A stretch of 64,000 nt of DNA from Halorussus marinus (GCF_004765795.1 NZ_SBIV01000001.1:124001-188000), one strand, 5' to 3'; positions 10,053-20,433 are shown, counted from the first letter of the stretch. A program made the numbers and translations. Notes: a model not told the origin generated them from the letters alone.

Positions 10053-10166
10053 GCCCGGAAGTTAACGCACGGCTGATATAAACCTCGCGGACGCCCGAGT
10101 CGCCGACGCGACCCCGCCGGCCGAGACTGAACGGTTTTTTACTCCTCGCGCTCGGAGTGGCGTGTA

Positions 10167-12035
10167 ATGACCGAGTACGACTACGAGGATCTCGGCCTCG
10201 TCGCGGGGCTGGAGATACACCAGCAACTCGACACCGAGACGAAGCTGTTCTGTAACTGTCCGACCGCGCTCCGCGAGCCCGAGGAGTCCGAGCGTCAGTT
10301 CAGCCGGTACCTCCACCCGACCAAGAGCGAACTGGGCGAACTCGACGAGGCCGCCCTAGAGGAGAGCCAGGTCGACCGCGAGTTCGAGTACCTCGCGTAC
10401 GACACCACTTGCCTCGTCGAGGAGGACGACGAGCCGCCCCACCGGCTCGACGGGGAGGCCCAGGAGGTCGTCCTCGAAATCGCCCAACTGCTCGACATGG
10501 ACCCGGTCGATCAGGCCCACGTCATGCGCAAGATCGTGGTCGACGGCTCGAACACCTCGGGGTTCCAGCGCTCGACCCTGATGGCGACCGACGGCGAGAT
10601 CGAGACCGACGACGGCCCGGTGGGGATCGAGGACCTGATGCTCGAAGAGGAGAGCGCCCAGCGCGTCGAGGAGACCGACGACGGGGTGCGGTACTCGCTC
10701 GACCGGCTCGGCATCCCGCTGGTCGAGATCGGCACCAAGCCCGACATCCGTTCGCCCGAGCAGGCCCGCGAGGCCGCCGAGACCATCGGCATGCTCCTGC
10801 GCTCGACCGGGAAGGTAAAGCGCGGGCTCGGCACCATCCGACAGGACGTCAACATCTCCATCGCGGAGGGCGCACGGGTCGAGGTCAAGGGCGTCCAGAG
10901 CCTCGACGACATCGACGACCTCGTCGAAAACGAGGTCCACCGGCAGGTCCGACTGCTCGAAGTCCGCGACGAACTCCGCGAGCGCGACGCCGAAGTGGGC
11001 GACGTCGCCGACGTGACCGACGTGTTCGAGGACACGGACTCGGGAGTCATCGACGGCGCGCTCAGTTCGGGCGGCACGGTTACCGCGGTAGCGCTGTACG
11101 GCTTCGACGGCCTCGTCGGGGCGGAACTCCAGCCCGACCGCCGGCTCGGCACCGAACTGTCGGACCACGCCAAGCGCCACGGCGCCGGCGGCATCTTCCA
11201 CACCGACGAACTGCCCGCCTACGGCGTCACCGAGGCGGAGGTCGAGTCGCTCCGCGAGGCGGTCGGCGCCGGCGAGACGGACGCGGTCGCCATCGTCGCG
11301 GCCGACCCCGAGACCGCCGAGGCCGCGATCGAGGCGGCGGCCGACCGGGCCGAGACCGCGCTGGAGGGCGTCCCCGAGGAGACCCGGGGCGCCAACGAGG
11401 ACGGCACCACTCGCTACCTCCGGCCCCTGCCGGGTGCGGCCCGGATGTACCCCGAGACCGACGTGCCGCCGGTCGACCCCGACCCCAGTGAGGTCGAACC
11501 CCCGGAGCTTCTGACCGAGAAGGTCGAGCGCTATCGGGACGAGTACGGTCTCGACGCCGGACTCGCCGAGCAGGTGGCGTACGGCGAGCGAATGGCGCTG
11601 TTCGAGACCGCGGTCGAGGCGGGGGTCGACCCCACGCTCGCGGCCGGCACCCTCGAGAGCACGGTCACCGAACTCCGCCGGGACGGCGTTGCGGTCGAGA
11701 ACCTCACCGACGACCACCTGCTGGAGACGCTCGAACTGGTCGCCGACGGCGAGACCGCGAAGGGCAACGTCGGCGCGGTGCTGACCGCGCTCGCCGAGCG
11801 TCCCGAGCGCAGTGCCGCCGAGGCCGTCGAGGCGGAGGGACTCGGGAGCGCGGGCGAAGATGAGGTCCGGGGCGCCGTCGTCGAGGTCGTCGAGCGAAAC
11901 GAGGGGCAGGTCGAACAAGAGGGGATGCAGGCGTTCTCCGGGCTGATGGGCGAAGCGATGGGCGCGCTCGGCGGGAAGGCCGACGGCGACCTCGTGAGCG
12001 AGGTGCTCCGCGAGGAGATCCAGAAGCGAGCCTGA
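10167..12035 (+). CDS. gatE: Glutamyl-tRNA(Gln) amidotransferase subunit E
   Basis: GLEIHQQL, RKIVVDGSNTSGFQR, GLGTIRQDVN, PGAARMYPETD. Confidence 0.98.
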   Translation: MTEYDYEDLGLVAGLEIHQQLDTETKLFCNCPTALREPEESERQFSRYLHPTKSELGELDEAALEESQVDREFEYLAYDTTCLVEEDDEPPHRLDGEAQEVVLEIAQLLDMDPVDQAHVMRKIVVDGSNTSGFQRSTLMATDGEIETDDGPVGIEDLMLEEESAQRVEETDDGVRYSLDRLGIPLVEIGTKPDIRSPEQAREAAETIGMLLRSTGKVKRGLGTIRQDVNISIAEGARVEVKGVQSLDDIDDLVENEVHRQVRLLEVRDELRERDAEVGDVADVTDVFEDTDSGVIDGALSSGGTVTAVALYGFDGLVGAELQPDRRLGTELSDHAKRHGAGGIFHTDELPAYGVTEAEVESLREAVGAGETDAVAIVAADPETAEAAIEAAADRAETALEGVPEETRGANEDGTTRYLRPLPGAARMYPETDVPPVDPDPSEVEPPELLTEKVERYRDEYGLDAGLAEQVAYGERMALFETAVEAGVDPTLAAGTLESTVTELRRDGVAVENLTDDHLLETLELVADGETAKGNVGAVLTALAERPERSAAEAVEAEGLGSAGEDEVRGAVVEVVERNEGQVEQEGMQAFSGLMGEAMGALGGKADGDLVSEVLREEIQKRA

Positions 12036-12112
12036 GCGCCCACCCCGGTGGGAGTCGGTGCCGGGCGCCCGCGATCAGGGGTTCGACGCGACGCCGGACG
12101 CGATGTTCGGCG

Positions 12113-12421
12113 TCACCCCGCGACCGCGCGTCGTTGCTGGACCAACTCGAACACCAACAGCGCGGCGAACGTGCTCGCGGCCAGCAACACCATGACCGCG
12201 ACGCCCGTCCGGACGGAGGGCGCCGCGAGGCTCAACGTCCCGAGCGCCACGCCCGAGACCGCCGCGAGCGCCGACCGCCAGACGTCAGACAGCGCCACAC
12301 AGCGCTTGGCGAGGGTGGGATCGAGCCCGACGATCCGGGTCCAGACGACGTAGAGCGCCGTCACGAACAGAAAAGACAGCAGACCCACGCCGAGCAGGAG
12401 GGCGAACTTCGGGGCGTTCAT
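12113..12421 (-). CDS. Small 3-TM hypothetical membrane protein
   Basis: MNAPKFALLLGVG...; hydrophobic; divergent from crtD with AT-rich promoter at about 12450. Confidence 0.7.
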   Translation of the reverse strand: MNAPKFALLLGVGLLSFLFVTALYVVWTRIVGLDPTLAKRCVALSDVWRSALAAVSGVALGTLSLAAPSVRTGVAVMVLLAASTFAALLVFELVQQRRAVAG

Positions 12422-12550
12422 GGCTCTCTGTTTCGAACGGTCGCCGAGCCGATAATAAGTGTATCGGTGGACGGTCGGAACGACCGCGCCGGCCGTCGGC
12501 CGAGCGCGTCTCCGCATCGTTTTATGTCGGTCGCGTCCCCAGATCCGAGT

Positions 12551-14032
12551 ATGCAACTCGCGGACAGGTCGGTCGCGATCGTCGGTGGCGGCTTCGGCGG
12601 CCTCTCGACGGCGTGTTATCTCGCCGACGCCGGCGCCGACGTGACAGTCGTGGAGCGAAACGACCAGTTGGGCGGCCGCGCGAGCGTTCTGGAGCGCGAC
12701 GGCTTCCGGTTCGACATGGGGCCGTCGTGGTACCTGATGCCCGACGTGTTCGAGCGGTTCTTCGGCCACTTCGGCCGCGAGCCCGAGGACTACTACGGGC
12801 TGGAGCATCTCGACCCCCACTACAAGATCTTCTTCAAGGACGGCGACGAGGTGACGGTCTCGGCCGACCGGGAGGAGACCAAAGCGATCTTCGAGGAGTA
12901 CGAGGACGGCGCCGGGGCGGCCCTCGACGCCTACCTCGCGGAGGCCGAGGAGACCTACGAGATCGGGATGGAGCACTTCGTCTACACCGACCGGCCCCGG
13001 TTCCGGGACTACGTCGACTGGGACGTGGTCCGCCACGCCCGCGGTCTGACGTTCCTCGGGTCGATGCAGGACCACGTCGCCGACTACTTCGACCACCCGA
13101 AGCTCCGCCAGATCATGCAGTACACGCTCGTGTTCCTCGGCGGGTCGCCGAGCAACACGCCCGCGCTCTACAACCTGATGAGCCACGTCGACTTCAACCT
13201 CGGCGTCCACTACCCCGAGGACGGACTGGGCGGCGTGGTCGACGGCATCGTCGACCTCGGCTCGGAGCTTGGCGTCGAGTACCGGACCGGGAGTCCGGTC
13301 GAGGCGATCGAGGGGTCGGCGGGCGACTTCGAAGTCGAGACCGACGAGGGGTTCCTCCGGGCGGACTTCGTGGTGAGCGACGCCGACTACGCCCACACCG
13401 AACAGGAGCTTCTGGCCCCCGAGCGCCGCCAGTACGACGAGGACTACTGGGACTCCCGGACGTACGCGCCCTCCGCGTTCCTGCTGTATCTCGGCGTCGA
13501 GGGATCGGTCGACTCCCTCGAACACCACACCCTCGTGCTCCCGACCGACTGGCACGAGCACTTCGAGCAGATCTTCGACGAGCCGGCGTGGCCCGACGAC
13601 CCGGCCTACTACCTCTGCGTGCCCAGCGAGACCGACGAGACCGTCGCCCCGGAGGGCCACAGCAACCTGTTCGCGCTGGTACCGATCGCGCCCGGGCTCG
13701 ACGACGACGCCGAGACCCGCGAGCGCTACCGCGACCTCGTGCTCGAGGACATCGCCGAGAACACGGGCGTCGACCTCCGGGATCGCATCGTGGTCGAAGA
13801 GCGCTTCTCCGTCTCCGAGTTCACCGACCGGTACAACAGCCGGGCGGGCACCGCGCTCGGGCTCGCTCACACCCTCCGCCAGACCGGCCCGCTCCGGCCG
13901 AGTCGCCGCTCGTCGGAGGTCGACGGGCTCTACTTCACCGGGTCGTACACCACGCCCGGCATCGGGGTGCCGATGTGTCTGATCGGCGGCCAGCACACCG
14001 CCGACGCGGTGCTGGAGGACCGCGGCGAGTAG
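12551..14032 (+). CDS. crtD: Carotenoid desaturase, CrtI family (CrtD position in the bacterioruberin cluster)
   Basis: GGGFGG FAD motif, FDMGPSW, PGIGVPMCLIGG; first gene of the crtD-lyeJ-cruF arrangement. Confidence 0.9.
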   Translation: MQLADRSVAIVGGGFGGLSTACYLADAGADVTVVERNDQLGGRASVLERDGFRFDMGPSWYLMPDVFERFFGHFGREPEDYYGLEHLDPHYKIFFKDGDEVTVSADREETKAIFEEYEDGAGAALDAYLAEAEETYEIGMEHFVYTDRPRFRDYVDWDVVRHARGLTFLGSMQDHVADYFDHPKLRQIMQYTLVFLGGSPSNTPALYNLMSHVDFNLGVHYPEDGLGGVVDGIVDLGSELGVEYRTGSPVEAIEGSAGDFEVETDEGFLRADFVVSDADYAHTEQELLAPERRQYDEDYWDSRTYAPSAFLLYLGVEGSVDSLEHHTLVLPTDWHEHFEQIFDEPAWPDDPAYYLCVPSETDETVAPEGHSNLFALVPIAPGLDDDAETRERYRDLVLEDIAENTGVDLRDRIVVEERFSVSEFTDRYNSRAGTALGLAHTLRQTGPLRPSRRSSEVDGLYFTGSYTTPGIGVPMCLIGGQHTADAVLEDRGE

Positions 14033-14033
14033 C

Positions 14034-14861
14034 ATGCTCCGGTACCTGCTGGTGCTCTCGCGGCCCCGCTTTTGGTTCTATCTGGCGGGACCGGTGGTCG
14101 TCGGGGTCGCGTTCGGCGCGTCGACGACCGCCGACCTGTTCGCGCCGGAGGCGGTCGCGCTGTTCGCGTACTTCCTCGTCCCCGCAAACGTCTACCTCTA
14201 CGGGGTCAACGACGCCTTCGACGCCGAGATCGACGAGACAAATCCCAAAAAAGAGAACCGCGAAGCCCGGTATCGCGGCGGGCTCGCGGTCGGCGCGGTC
14301 GTCGCGGTCTGCGGGGTCGCGGGCGCGGCGCTGGTCGCCGTCCTCCCGCTCGGGGCCTCGGTCTGGGTCGCCGGGTTCCTCGCGCTCGGGTTCGCGTACA
14401 GCGCCCCGCCGCTCCGATTCAAGACGACGCCGCTGTTGGACTCGGTCTCGAACGGGCTGTACGTCCTGCCGGGCGCGGCGGCGTTCGCCGCGGTCGCGGG
14501 CCGCCAGCCCCCGGTGCTCGCGCTGGCCGGCGGCTGGCTCTGGGCGATGGCGATGCACACCTTCTCGGCGGTGCCCGACATCGAGCCCGACCGTCGGGCC
14601 GGTATCCGGACGACCGCGACGCTGCTGGGCGAGCGAGCCACGCTGGCGTACTGTGCGGGGTGCTGGCTCCTCGCGGCCGGCGCCTTCGGCGCGATTGACC
14701 TCTGGGCGGGGGCGTTGCTCGCGGTGTATCCCGCGCTCGCGGTCGGCGTCGCCGAGACCGACGTCGACGTCGCCCGGGCGTACTGGTGGTTCCCGGCGAT
14801 CAACGGCCTCGTCGGGATGGTGCTGACCCTCGGGGGCCTCTGGGGGGTCGTGCGTGCGTAG
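14034..14861 (+). CDS. lyeJ: Lycopene elongase/1,2-hydratase (UbiA prenyltransferase family)
   Basis: SRPRFWFYLAGP, NDAFDAEID, YSAPPLRFK, PDIEPD motifs; cluster position. Confidence 0.92.
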   Translation: MLRYLLVLSRPRFWFYLAGPVVVGVAFGASTTADLFAPEAVALFAYFLVPANVYLYGVNDAFDAEIDETNPKKENREARYRGGLAVGAVVAVCGVAGAALVAVLPLGASVWVAGFLALGFAYSAPPLRFKTTPLLDSVSNGLYVLPGAAAFAAVAGRQPPVLALAGGWLWAMAMHTFSAVPDIEPDRRAGIRTTATLLGERATLAYCAGCWLLAAGAFGAIDLWAGALLAVYPALAVGVAETDVDVARAYWWFPAINGLVGMVLTLGGLWGVVRA

Positions 14862-15669
14862 AGACGCCGTCGAGGCGACGCTCGCCGAGGTCGTGCTGGA
14901 CAACCGCTTCACGATCGCGGTGGTGTTCCCGGTCGTCGGCGCCGCGCTGTTCGTCACGAGCCACGAGGGACTGCTCCCGGACTGGCTCGCGATGAACCCG
15001 CTGGCGGTGCTTTTCGGGACGCTCGTGATGCGGCTCCCGCTGGCGGCCGCGCTCGCCCCGCTGGTCGACCGGCGGGCGGCCGCCGGCCTGGTCGCGGTGA
15101 CCGCCTACAGCTACCTCATCGAGTTCGTCGGCGTGACGACCGGCTGGCCCTACGGCGAGTTCCACTACCAGACCGAACTGGGACCGATGATCGCGGGCGT
15201 GCCGGTGGGACTGCCGGTCTTTTTCCTCCCGCTGGTGCTCAACAGCTACCTGCTGGTGGGACTGCTGGCCCCGCGGCTGTCGACCGTCGGCCGGATCGGC
15301 GCGTCGCTGGCGGTCGTGCTGGTCGTCGACCTCGTGCTCGACCCCGCGGCGGTCGCGATCGGCTTCTGGACCTACGGCGGCGGCCCGTACTACGGGGTCC
15401 CGGTCTCGAACTACGTCGGGTGGGTGCTGAGCGGATTCGTGGCCGTCACCGCGATCGAGTACGCCTTCGACGCCGACGCGCTGGCCGCCCGACTCGCCGA
15501 CTGCGAGTTCGCGCTCGACGACTTCGTGAGCTTCGTGGTCCTGTGGGGCGCGACCAACGCCTACTTCGGCAACTGGGTCGCGGTCGGGCTGGCGGCCGCG
15601 CTGGCCGCCGGGCTGATTCGGGCCGACCGCTTCGACTTCGCGGTGTTCGGCCGGGGCAGTCCCGGGTAG
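14854..15669 (+). CDS. cruF: Bisanhydrobacterioruberin hydratase
   Basis: GTG start; IEFVGVTTGWPYG, DLVLDP, YYGVPVSNY.GW; cluster position. Confidence 0.9.
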   Translation: MRRDAVEATLAEVVLDNRFTIAVVFPVVGAALFVTSHEGLLPDWLAMNPLAVLFGTLVMRLPLAAALAPLVDRRAAAGLVAVTAYSYLIEFVGVTTGWPYGEFHYQTELGPMIAGVPVGLPVFFLPLVLNSYLLVGLLAPRLSTVGRIGASLAVVLVVDLVLDPAAVAIGFWTYGGGPYYGVPVSNYVGWVLSGFVAVTAIEYAFDADALAARLADCEFALDDFVSFVVLWGATNAYFGNWVAVGLAAALAAGLIRADRFDFAVFGRGSPG

Positions 15670-15752
15670 TTCGAACGTGTGGGCGCCGCTCCACGGATCG
15701 CTATAGTGGGGGACACACCGGAAGAGCGGATCGACAGCGGTGCGACGACTCC

Positions 15753-16709
15753 CTACTCGAACTGGGGCGTTCCGCCGGGAACGTCGGCGCCGCCGGGCGA
15801 GCCGTCGCCGTCGGGGACGGCGCTGACTCGGCGGAACACCGTCTCGGGGTCGTCGGACCACTGCCAGTGCCACCGGGTCTTCGCCCAGAGCCACGCCGCG
15901 CGCGGCGCGCTCAGCTCCGGGGGCGAGGTCAGCACGTCGAACTCCCGCGCCCGGATGAGCCGGTGGTACTCGGCGTACAGTACCGCGGCGAAAAGCACCG
16001 CGAACTGACAGTCTTCGGGAAGGTACTCGATGCCCGCCACGCCCTCCCGGTACTTGCGCTCGGCGCGTCGGAGCTCCTCGGCCATGGTGGCTCGGAAGCC
16101 GTCGTCCGGGTCGCAACGCCGGAGCTGGGCCTCCGTGACGCCGTGGCGCTCGCGGGTCGTCCCGGGGAGATAGACGCGGTCGTGGTCGCGGATGTCCTCG
16201 CGCACGTCGCGCAGGAAGTTCGTCAGCTGGAACGCCTCGCCCAGCGCGACCGCGTGGGGCCGCGCCCGGTCGGGCTCCTCGACGCCCATGACCGCCTGCA
16301 TCATCACCCCGACGGCGGCCGCCGAGCCGCGAACGTACGACTCCAGTTCCTCGTAGTTCGCGTACCGACTCTTGTCGATGTCGGTCGCCATCGCGTCGAT
16401 GAACTCCTCGATCTCGTCGCCGGGGATGTCGTACTCTTCGCGCATCTCCTGAAACGCGGCGAGCACGGGGTCGTCGGTCTCACGACGGCCCTGCGCCTCG
16501 GCGCGCAGTTGCTCCAGTCGCTCGCGTTCCTCCTCCGGTGACAGGTCGGTCGCGCCGTCCACGACCTCGTCGGCCACGCGGAAGAACGCGTAGAGGACGT
16601 AGGTCGGGTTGCGCACCCGTTCGGGGAGGAGTCGCGTGGCGAAGTGGAAGGTTCTGCCAGTTCGCTGCTGTATCGTCTTGCTGCGTCGGAGTTGTCGGTC
16701 TGTGACCAT
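15753..16709 (-). CDS. crtB: Phytoene synthase
   Basis: LYAFFRVADEVVD and FQLTNFLRDVRED motifs. Confidence 0.95.
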   Translation of the reverse strand: MVTDRQLRRSKTIQQRTGRTFHFATRLLPERVRNPTYVLYAFFRVADEVVDGATDLSPEEERERLEQLRAEAQGRRETDDPVLAAFQEMREEYDIPGDEIEEFIDAMATDIDKSRYANYEELESYVRGSAAAVGVMMQAVMGVEEPDRARPHAVALGEAFQLTNFLRDVREDIRDHDRVYLPGTTRERHGVTEAQLRRCDPDDGFRATMAEELRRAERKYREGVAGIEYLPEDCQFAVLFAAVLYAEYHRLIRAREFDVLTSPPELSAPRAAWLWAKTRWHWQWSDDPETVFRRVSAVPDGDGSPGGADVPGGTPQFE

Positions 16710-16830
16710 TCAGTGTCTCCTGTGTGAGAGTCCGGCCGTGCAACGGCGCCGCGGTACCCGCACTTAGGGCGCGTCCGAGTTAATTGTTGGCTTCGGTGAA
16801 ATCGTCTCCAGCGGACATAGCGCCCTCGTG

Positions 16831-17409
16831 TCATTTCGGCGCCGAACCGCCGTCACGGCTCCGTGGAGGTCTGCCGTCGGGGAGCGACGAGCCGTCTCGG
16901 GACGCCAGCGTCACGAGCACGACCGGGCGGTCATCGAGGTTGACGAGCCGGAGCACCAGCCGGTGGGTGCCCGCTCGGAGGAGCAGTGGGTCGGCGGTCG
17001 CGTCCCCGTCGGCGACCGACTCGGCCGGCCGGAGTTCGACCCCGATCCGACGGACCCGCCGCCGGCCGCCCGCGACCGTGGCGGCCACCACACCGTTGGC
17101 GTCGGTCTCGGCGTTCGAAGGCGGTTCGGCCGCGGCGCCGTCGAGCCGACTCCCGAGCGCGACCGACGCGACGGGGACGGCGGTCGCCGACCCAGACGGG
17201 AACGAGACGGTCAGCGCGCGCCGCGGCCCTTGCGCGCCGGGTGGTGCGGGACTCTCCTCGCGAACGAGGCGTTCGGCGGCCGCCTCGATGCGGTCGAGTT
17301 CGCCGTCGACGAGCCGCTCGGTTCTGGCGGTGCGAGCGTCGTCGACCGCGGGGGCGGCCGCGGCCGCCAGCGTCGCCGCCAGCGTCACCGAGAGCATCGT
17401 CCGTATCAC
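16831..17409 (-). CDS. Hypothetical protein with pilin-like N-terminal hydrophobic helix (DUF7311-like)
   Basis: GTG start overlapping upstream stop (GTGA); VIRTMLSVTLAATLAAAAAPAVDDAR. Confidence 0.65.
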   Translation of the reverse strand: MIRTMLSVTLAATLAAAAAPAVDDARTARTERLVDGELDRIEAAAERLVREESPAPPGAQGPRRALTVSFPSGSATAVPVASVALGSRLDGAAAEPPSNAETDANGVVAATVAGGRRRVRRIGVELRPAESVADGDATADPLLLRAGTHRLVLRLVNLDDRPVVLVTLASRDGSSLPDGRPPRSRDGGSAPK

Positions 17410-17822
17410 CCGAGCGCCTCCGCGAGCCGGGCGAGAAGTCCCGCGTCGTCGCCACTGCGATCGGGGTCGGGTCGCTCGCTGTCGGCGCACTCGCCGGCGC
17501 GTCGGGGCTCGCAGTCACAGACGGGGCGCTCGACCGTCGGCGGTTCGCGTTCGAGCGCCTCGGCCTTCGCCAGCGCCGCGTCGGCCCGGCGCTCGACCGT
17601 CTCGTTGACGGTCCGTGCGTTGCCGACGTAGCCTCTGAGCGCCTGCGTGGCGGCGTCGAGCTCGTCGAGTCGGTTCTCGGCCTCGTCGAGGCGATCGGCG
17701 AGCGCGTCGGTCTCGGCGGCGAGTTCGGCGCCGGTCCGGAGGTCGGTCAGGTCGCGGTCCTCGCCGGTGAGCGCTCGCTCGACCGCGCGGAGTCGCTCGT
17801 CGAGCGTTTCGAGGTCGGACAT
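17406..17822 (-). CDS. Coiled-coil hypothetical protein (DUF7310-like)
   Basis: LDERLRAVERALTG, ELDAATQALRGYVGN; divergent from cetZ2. Confidence 0.8.
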   Translation of the reverse strand: MSDLETLDERLRAVERALTGEDRDLTDLRTGAELAAETDALADRLDEAENRLDELDAATQALRGYVGNARTVNETVERRADAALAKAEALEREPPTVERPVCDCEPRRAGECADSERPDPDRSGDDAGLLARLAEALG

Positions 17823-17938
17823 GGCTCGGGGTGGTCCCGCTCCGATACTTAAATGTTCGTCCGACGACCGCCTCGATCCCGGCGCGGACGCCGCCGCGCG
17901 CCGGAAAGTTGATTGTCCTCCAATTCGAGTCCCCGTGC

Positions 17939-19018
17939 ATGAAAGTCGTCCTGATTGGTGTCGGGCAGGCCGGGGGCAAACTCACCCAGCGGCTCGCCGA
18001 GTACGACCGGAAGATGGGGTTCGGCGCGGTCAAGGGCGCCCTCGCGGTCAACTCCGCGAAGGCGGACCTCCGCGAACTCGATCTGGATACGGTGCTCATC
18101 GGACAGGATCGGGTGAAAGGCCACGGGGTCGGCGGCGACAACGAACTCGGCGCGGAGGTGATGCAGAGCGACGCGACCGAAGTGATGGATGCGCTCGACG
18201 GACGCATCACCGCCGAGGCCGAGGCGATATTCGTCGTCGCGGGCCTCGGCGGCGGCACCGGATCGGGCGGCGCGCCGGTGCTCGCCCGCGAACTCAACCG
18301 CGTCTACCAGATCCCGGTCTACGGCCTCGGCGTGTTGCCGGGCCGCGACGAGGGCGCGATGTATCAGGCCAACGCCGGCCGGTCGCTGATGACGCTGGTC
18401 CGGGAGGCCGATGCGACCCTCCTCATCGACAACGACGCGTGGCACACCTCGGGCGAGAGCGTCGGCGAGGCGTTCGACAAGATCAACGAGAACATCGCCC
18501 AGCGGGTCGGCCTGCTGTTCGCCTCGGGCGAGGCGGTCGAGGGCGTCGGCGAGAGCGTCGTCGACTCCAGCGAGGTCATCAACACTCTCCGGTCGGGCGG
18601 CATCGCCACGCTCGGGTTCGCCAGCGCCGAGGCGGGCGAGGACGCCGAGGCCAACATCAACACCGTCACCTCCACGACCCGGCGGGCGCTCCTCAGCAAC
18701 CTCAGCCTGCCCAACGCCGTCGAGGCCGACTCGGGACTGCTGGTGGTCGCCGGCCAGCCGGACGCGATCCCGCGGAAGGGCGTCGAGCGCGCCCGCAAGT
18801 GGATGGAAGACGAGACCGGGAGCCTGCAGGTCCGGGGCGGGGACTTCCCGCTCGACAGCGGCCGACTGGCGTCGCTCATCCTGCTGGGCGGGGTCGAGCG
18901 CTCGGATCGGATCGAGGCGTTCCTCGACCGCGCGAAAGAGGCGAGCAAGCGGGCCGAGGAACCGAAACAGGACCCGGCCGAGCAGTTCCGCACCGACGAG
19001 CTGGACGATTTGATCTAG
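17939..19018 (+). CDS. cetZ2: Tubulin/FtsZ-family cell-shape protein CetZ (CetZ2 type)
   Basis: GVGQAGGK start without N-terminal tail, GLGGGTGSG tubulin signature, GESVVDSSE loop, LDDLI C-terminus. Confidence 0.9.
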   Translation: MKVVLIGVGQAGGKLTQRLAEYDRKMGFGAVKGALAVNSAKADLRELDLDTVLIGQDRVKGHGVGGDNELGAEVMQSDATEVMDALDGRITAEAEAIFVVAGLGGGTGSGGAPVLARELNRVYQIPVYGLGVLPGRDEGAMYQANAGRSLMTLVREADATLLIDNDAWHTSGESVGEAFDKINENIAQRVGLLFASGEAVEGVGESVVDSSEVINTLRSGGIATLGFASAEAGEDAEANINTVTSTTRRALLSNLSLPNAVEADSGLLVVAGQPDAIPRKGVERARKWMEDETGSLQVRGGDFPLDSGRLASLILLGGVERSDRIEAFLDRAKEASKRAEEPKQDPAEQFRTDELDDLI

Positions 19019-19089
19019 CGGCCGGCGTCTTCGGTCGCGCGTTTCGACGGCGTCGAACTCACAGAGCCGACGGCTGAGCCTCGCCTCGG

Positions 19090-20433
19090 TCAGACCAGGC
19101 TCGCGCCGTCGAACTCGGCGGCGTCGTACTCGACCTCGAGCAGGTCGAGGATCGTCGGGGTGATGTCGAAGAGATCGACGTCACGAACCGTCGCTTCGGG
19201 GTCGTCGACGAACAGCGACGCGTTGTCGAAGCTGTGCATCCCGTTGCGCGGGCCCTGACCGAACACGTCCTCGTGGCCCTTGAACCCGGCCTTGAGGTCG
19301 AAGCCGTAGTTCGGGATTGCGACGAGGTCGGGCGCGATGTCGTCGTGGTCGCCGTGGAAGGCGTCTTCTTTCTCGACCACGCGCTCGACGACTTTCCGAC
19401 CGTCGGGACCCTCTACGGCTTCGAGCGCCTCTTTGAGCTGGTCGCGCTTGGTCTCGTACTCGCTCTCGGGGACGCTCCCGCGGGGCTCGCGGCCTTCGAG
19501 GTTGATGTAGAACCGGCCCGGGATCAGCGAGTAGGCCTCGGTGTCGTCGGTGATGTCGCCGAGCTCCTCGTGGTCGTCGTCCTCGTAGGAGAGCCACCCC
19601 TCCTGTTCGAGCCAGGTGTTCGCGTAGAACTCGTAGTCGAGGGAGGTGAACCCGTGGTCGGAGGCGACCAGCATCGTCACGTCGTCGGGGAGGTTCTGGC
19701 GGATCTCGCCGACGTATCGGTCGAGCTTCCGGTAGAAGTCGAGGAACTCCTCTCTGTACTCGCCGTCCTCCTCGTAGTGTTTGAACAGGAAGTGGTTGAC
19801 CCGGTCGGTCGTCATGAACACGCCGAAAAAGAGGTCCCAGTCGTCCTGCTGGAGGTAGTGTTTGAACGCCTCGTAGCGGGCGTCGAGGGTCTCGTGGGCG
19901 TTCTCGATGAAGTCGCCTTTGTCCTCGTCGTGGCCGAGCTTGGCGTTGGCGTCGATCTTGTAGTCGATCGAGTCGAGGTACGAGCCGAGTTCGTCGGGGT
20001 AGGCCGCCTTGTCGATGCCCGGCGAGAGAAAGCCCGAGACCATCCGCTGGACGTTGCGCTGGGGCGGGAAGGTGACGGGGACGTTCATCACGGTCGCGTC
20101 CCGGCCGGCGTTCTGGACGCGATCCCACACTCGGGTCGCCTGGACGTCCCGACCCATCGGGACGTAGGTGTCGTACGAGCCGGTTTCGCGGTCTTGGAAG
20201 CCGTAGACGCCGGTCTGTCCGGGGTTGACGCCGGTGGTGAGGGAGGGCCAACACGCCGACGACTCGGGCGGGACGATGCTGTCTATCGGCCCGGCCGACC
20301 CCTCGTCGGCGAGCGCGGCGAGGTTCTCGAACTCGTCGAAGTGATCCTCGAGGAAACTGTACGGCACGCCGTCGATACCGAAGAACGCGACGCGGGGCTT
20401 GTCGTCGCCGCGGAGCTTATCGAAGAGTCCCAT
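19090..20433 (-). CDS. Alkaline phosphatase superfamily nucleotide pyrophosphatase/phosphodiesterase
   Basis: GIDG, PPESSACW.SLTTG, DRVNH, SDHGF, GMH metal-ligand motifs. Confidence 0.9.
   Translation of the reverse strand: MGLFDKLRGDDKPRVAFFGIDGVPYSFLEDHFDEFENLAALADEGSAGPIDSIVPPESSACWPSLTTGVNPGQTGVYGFQDRETGSYDTYVPMGRDVQATRVWDRVQNAGRDATVMNVPVTFPPQRNVQRMVSGFLSPGIDKAAYPDELGSYLDSIDYKIDANAKLGHDEDKGDFIENAHETLDARYEAFKHYLQQDDWDLFFGVFMTTDRVNHFLFKHYEEDGEYREEFLDFYRKLDRYVGEIRQNLPDDVTMLVASDHGFTSLDYEFYANTWLEQEGWLSYEDDDHEELGDITDDTEAYSLIPGRFYINLEGREPRGSVPESEYETKRDQLKEALEAVEGPDGRKVVERVVEKEDAFHGDHDDIAPDLVAIPNYGFDLKAGFKGHEDVFGQGPRNGMHSFDNASLFVDDPEATVRDVDLFDITPTILDLLEVEYDAAEFDGASLV

Noticed and set aside
17939..19018. 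ftsZ division gene
   Set aside because: No N-terminal extension, and GQAGGK plus GESVVD loop mark it as CetZ
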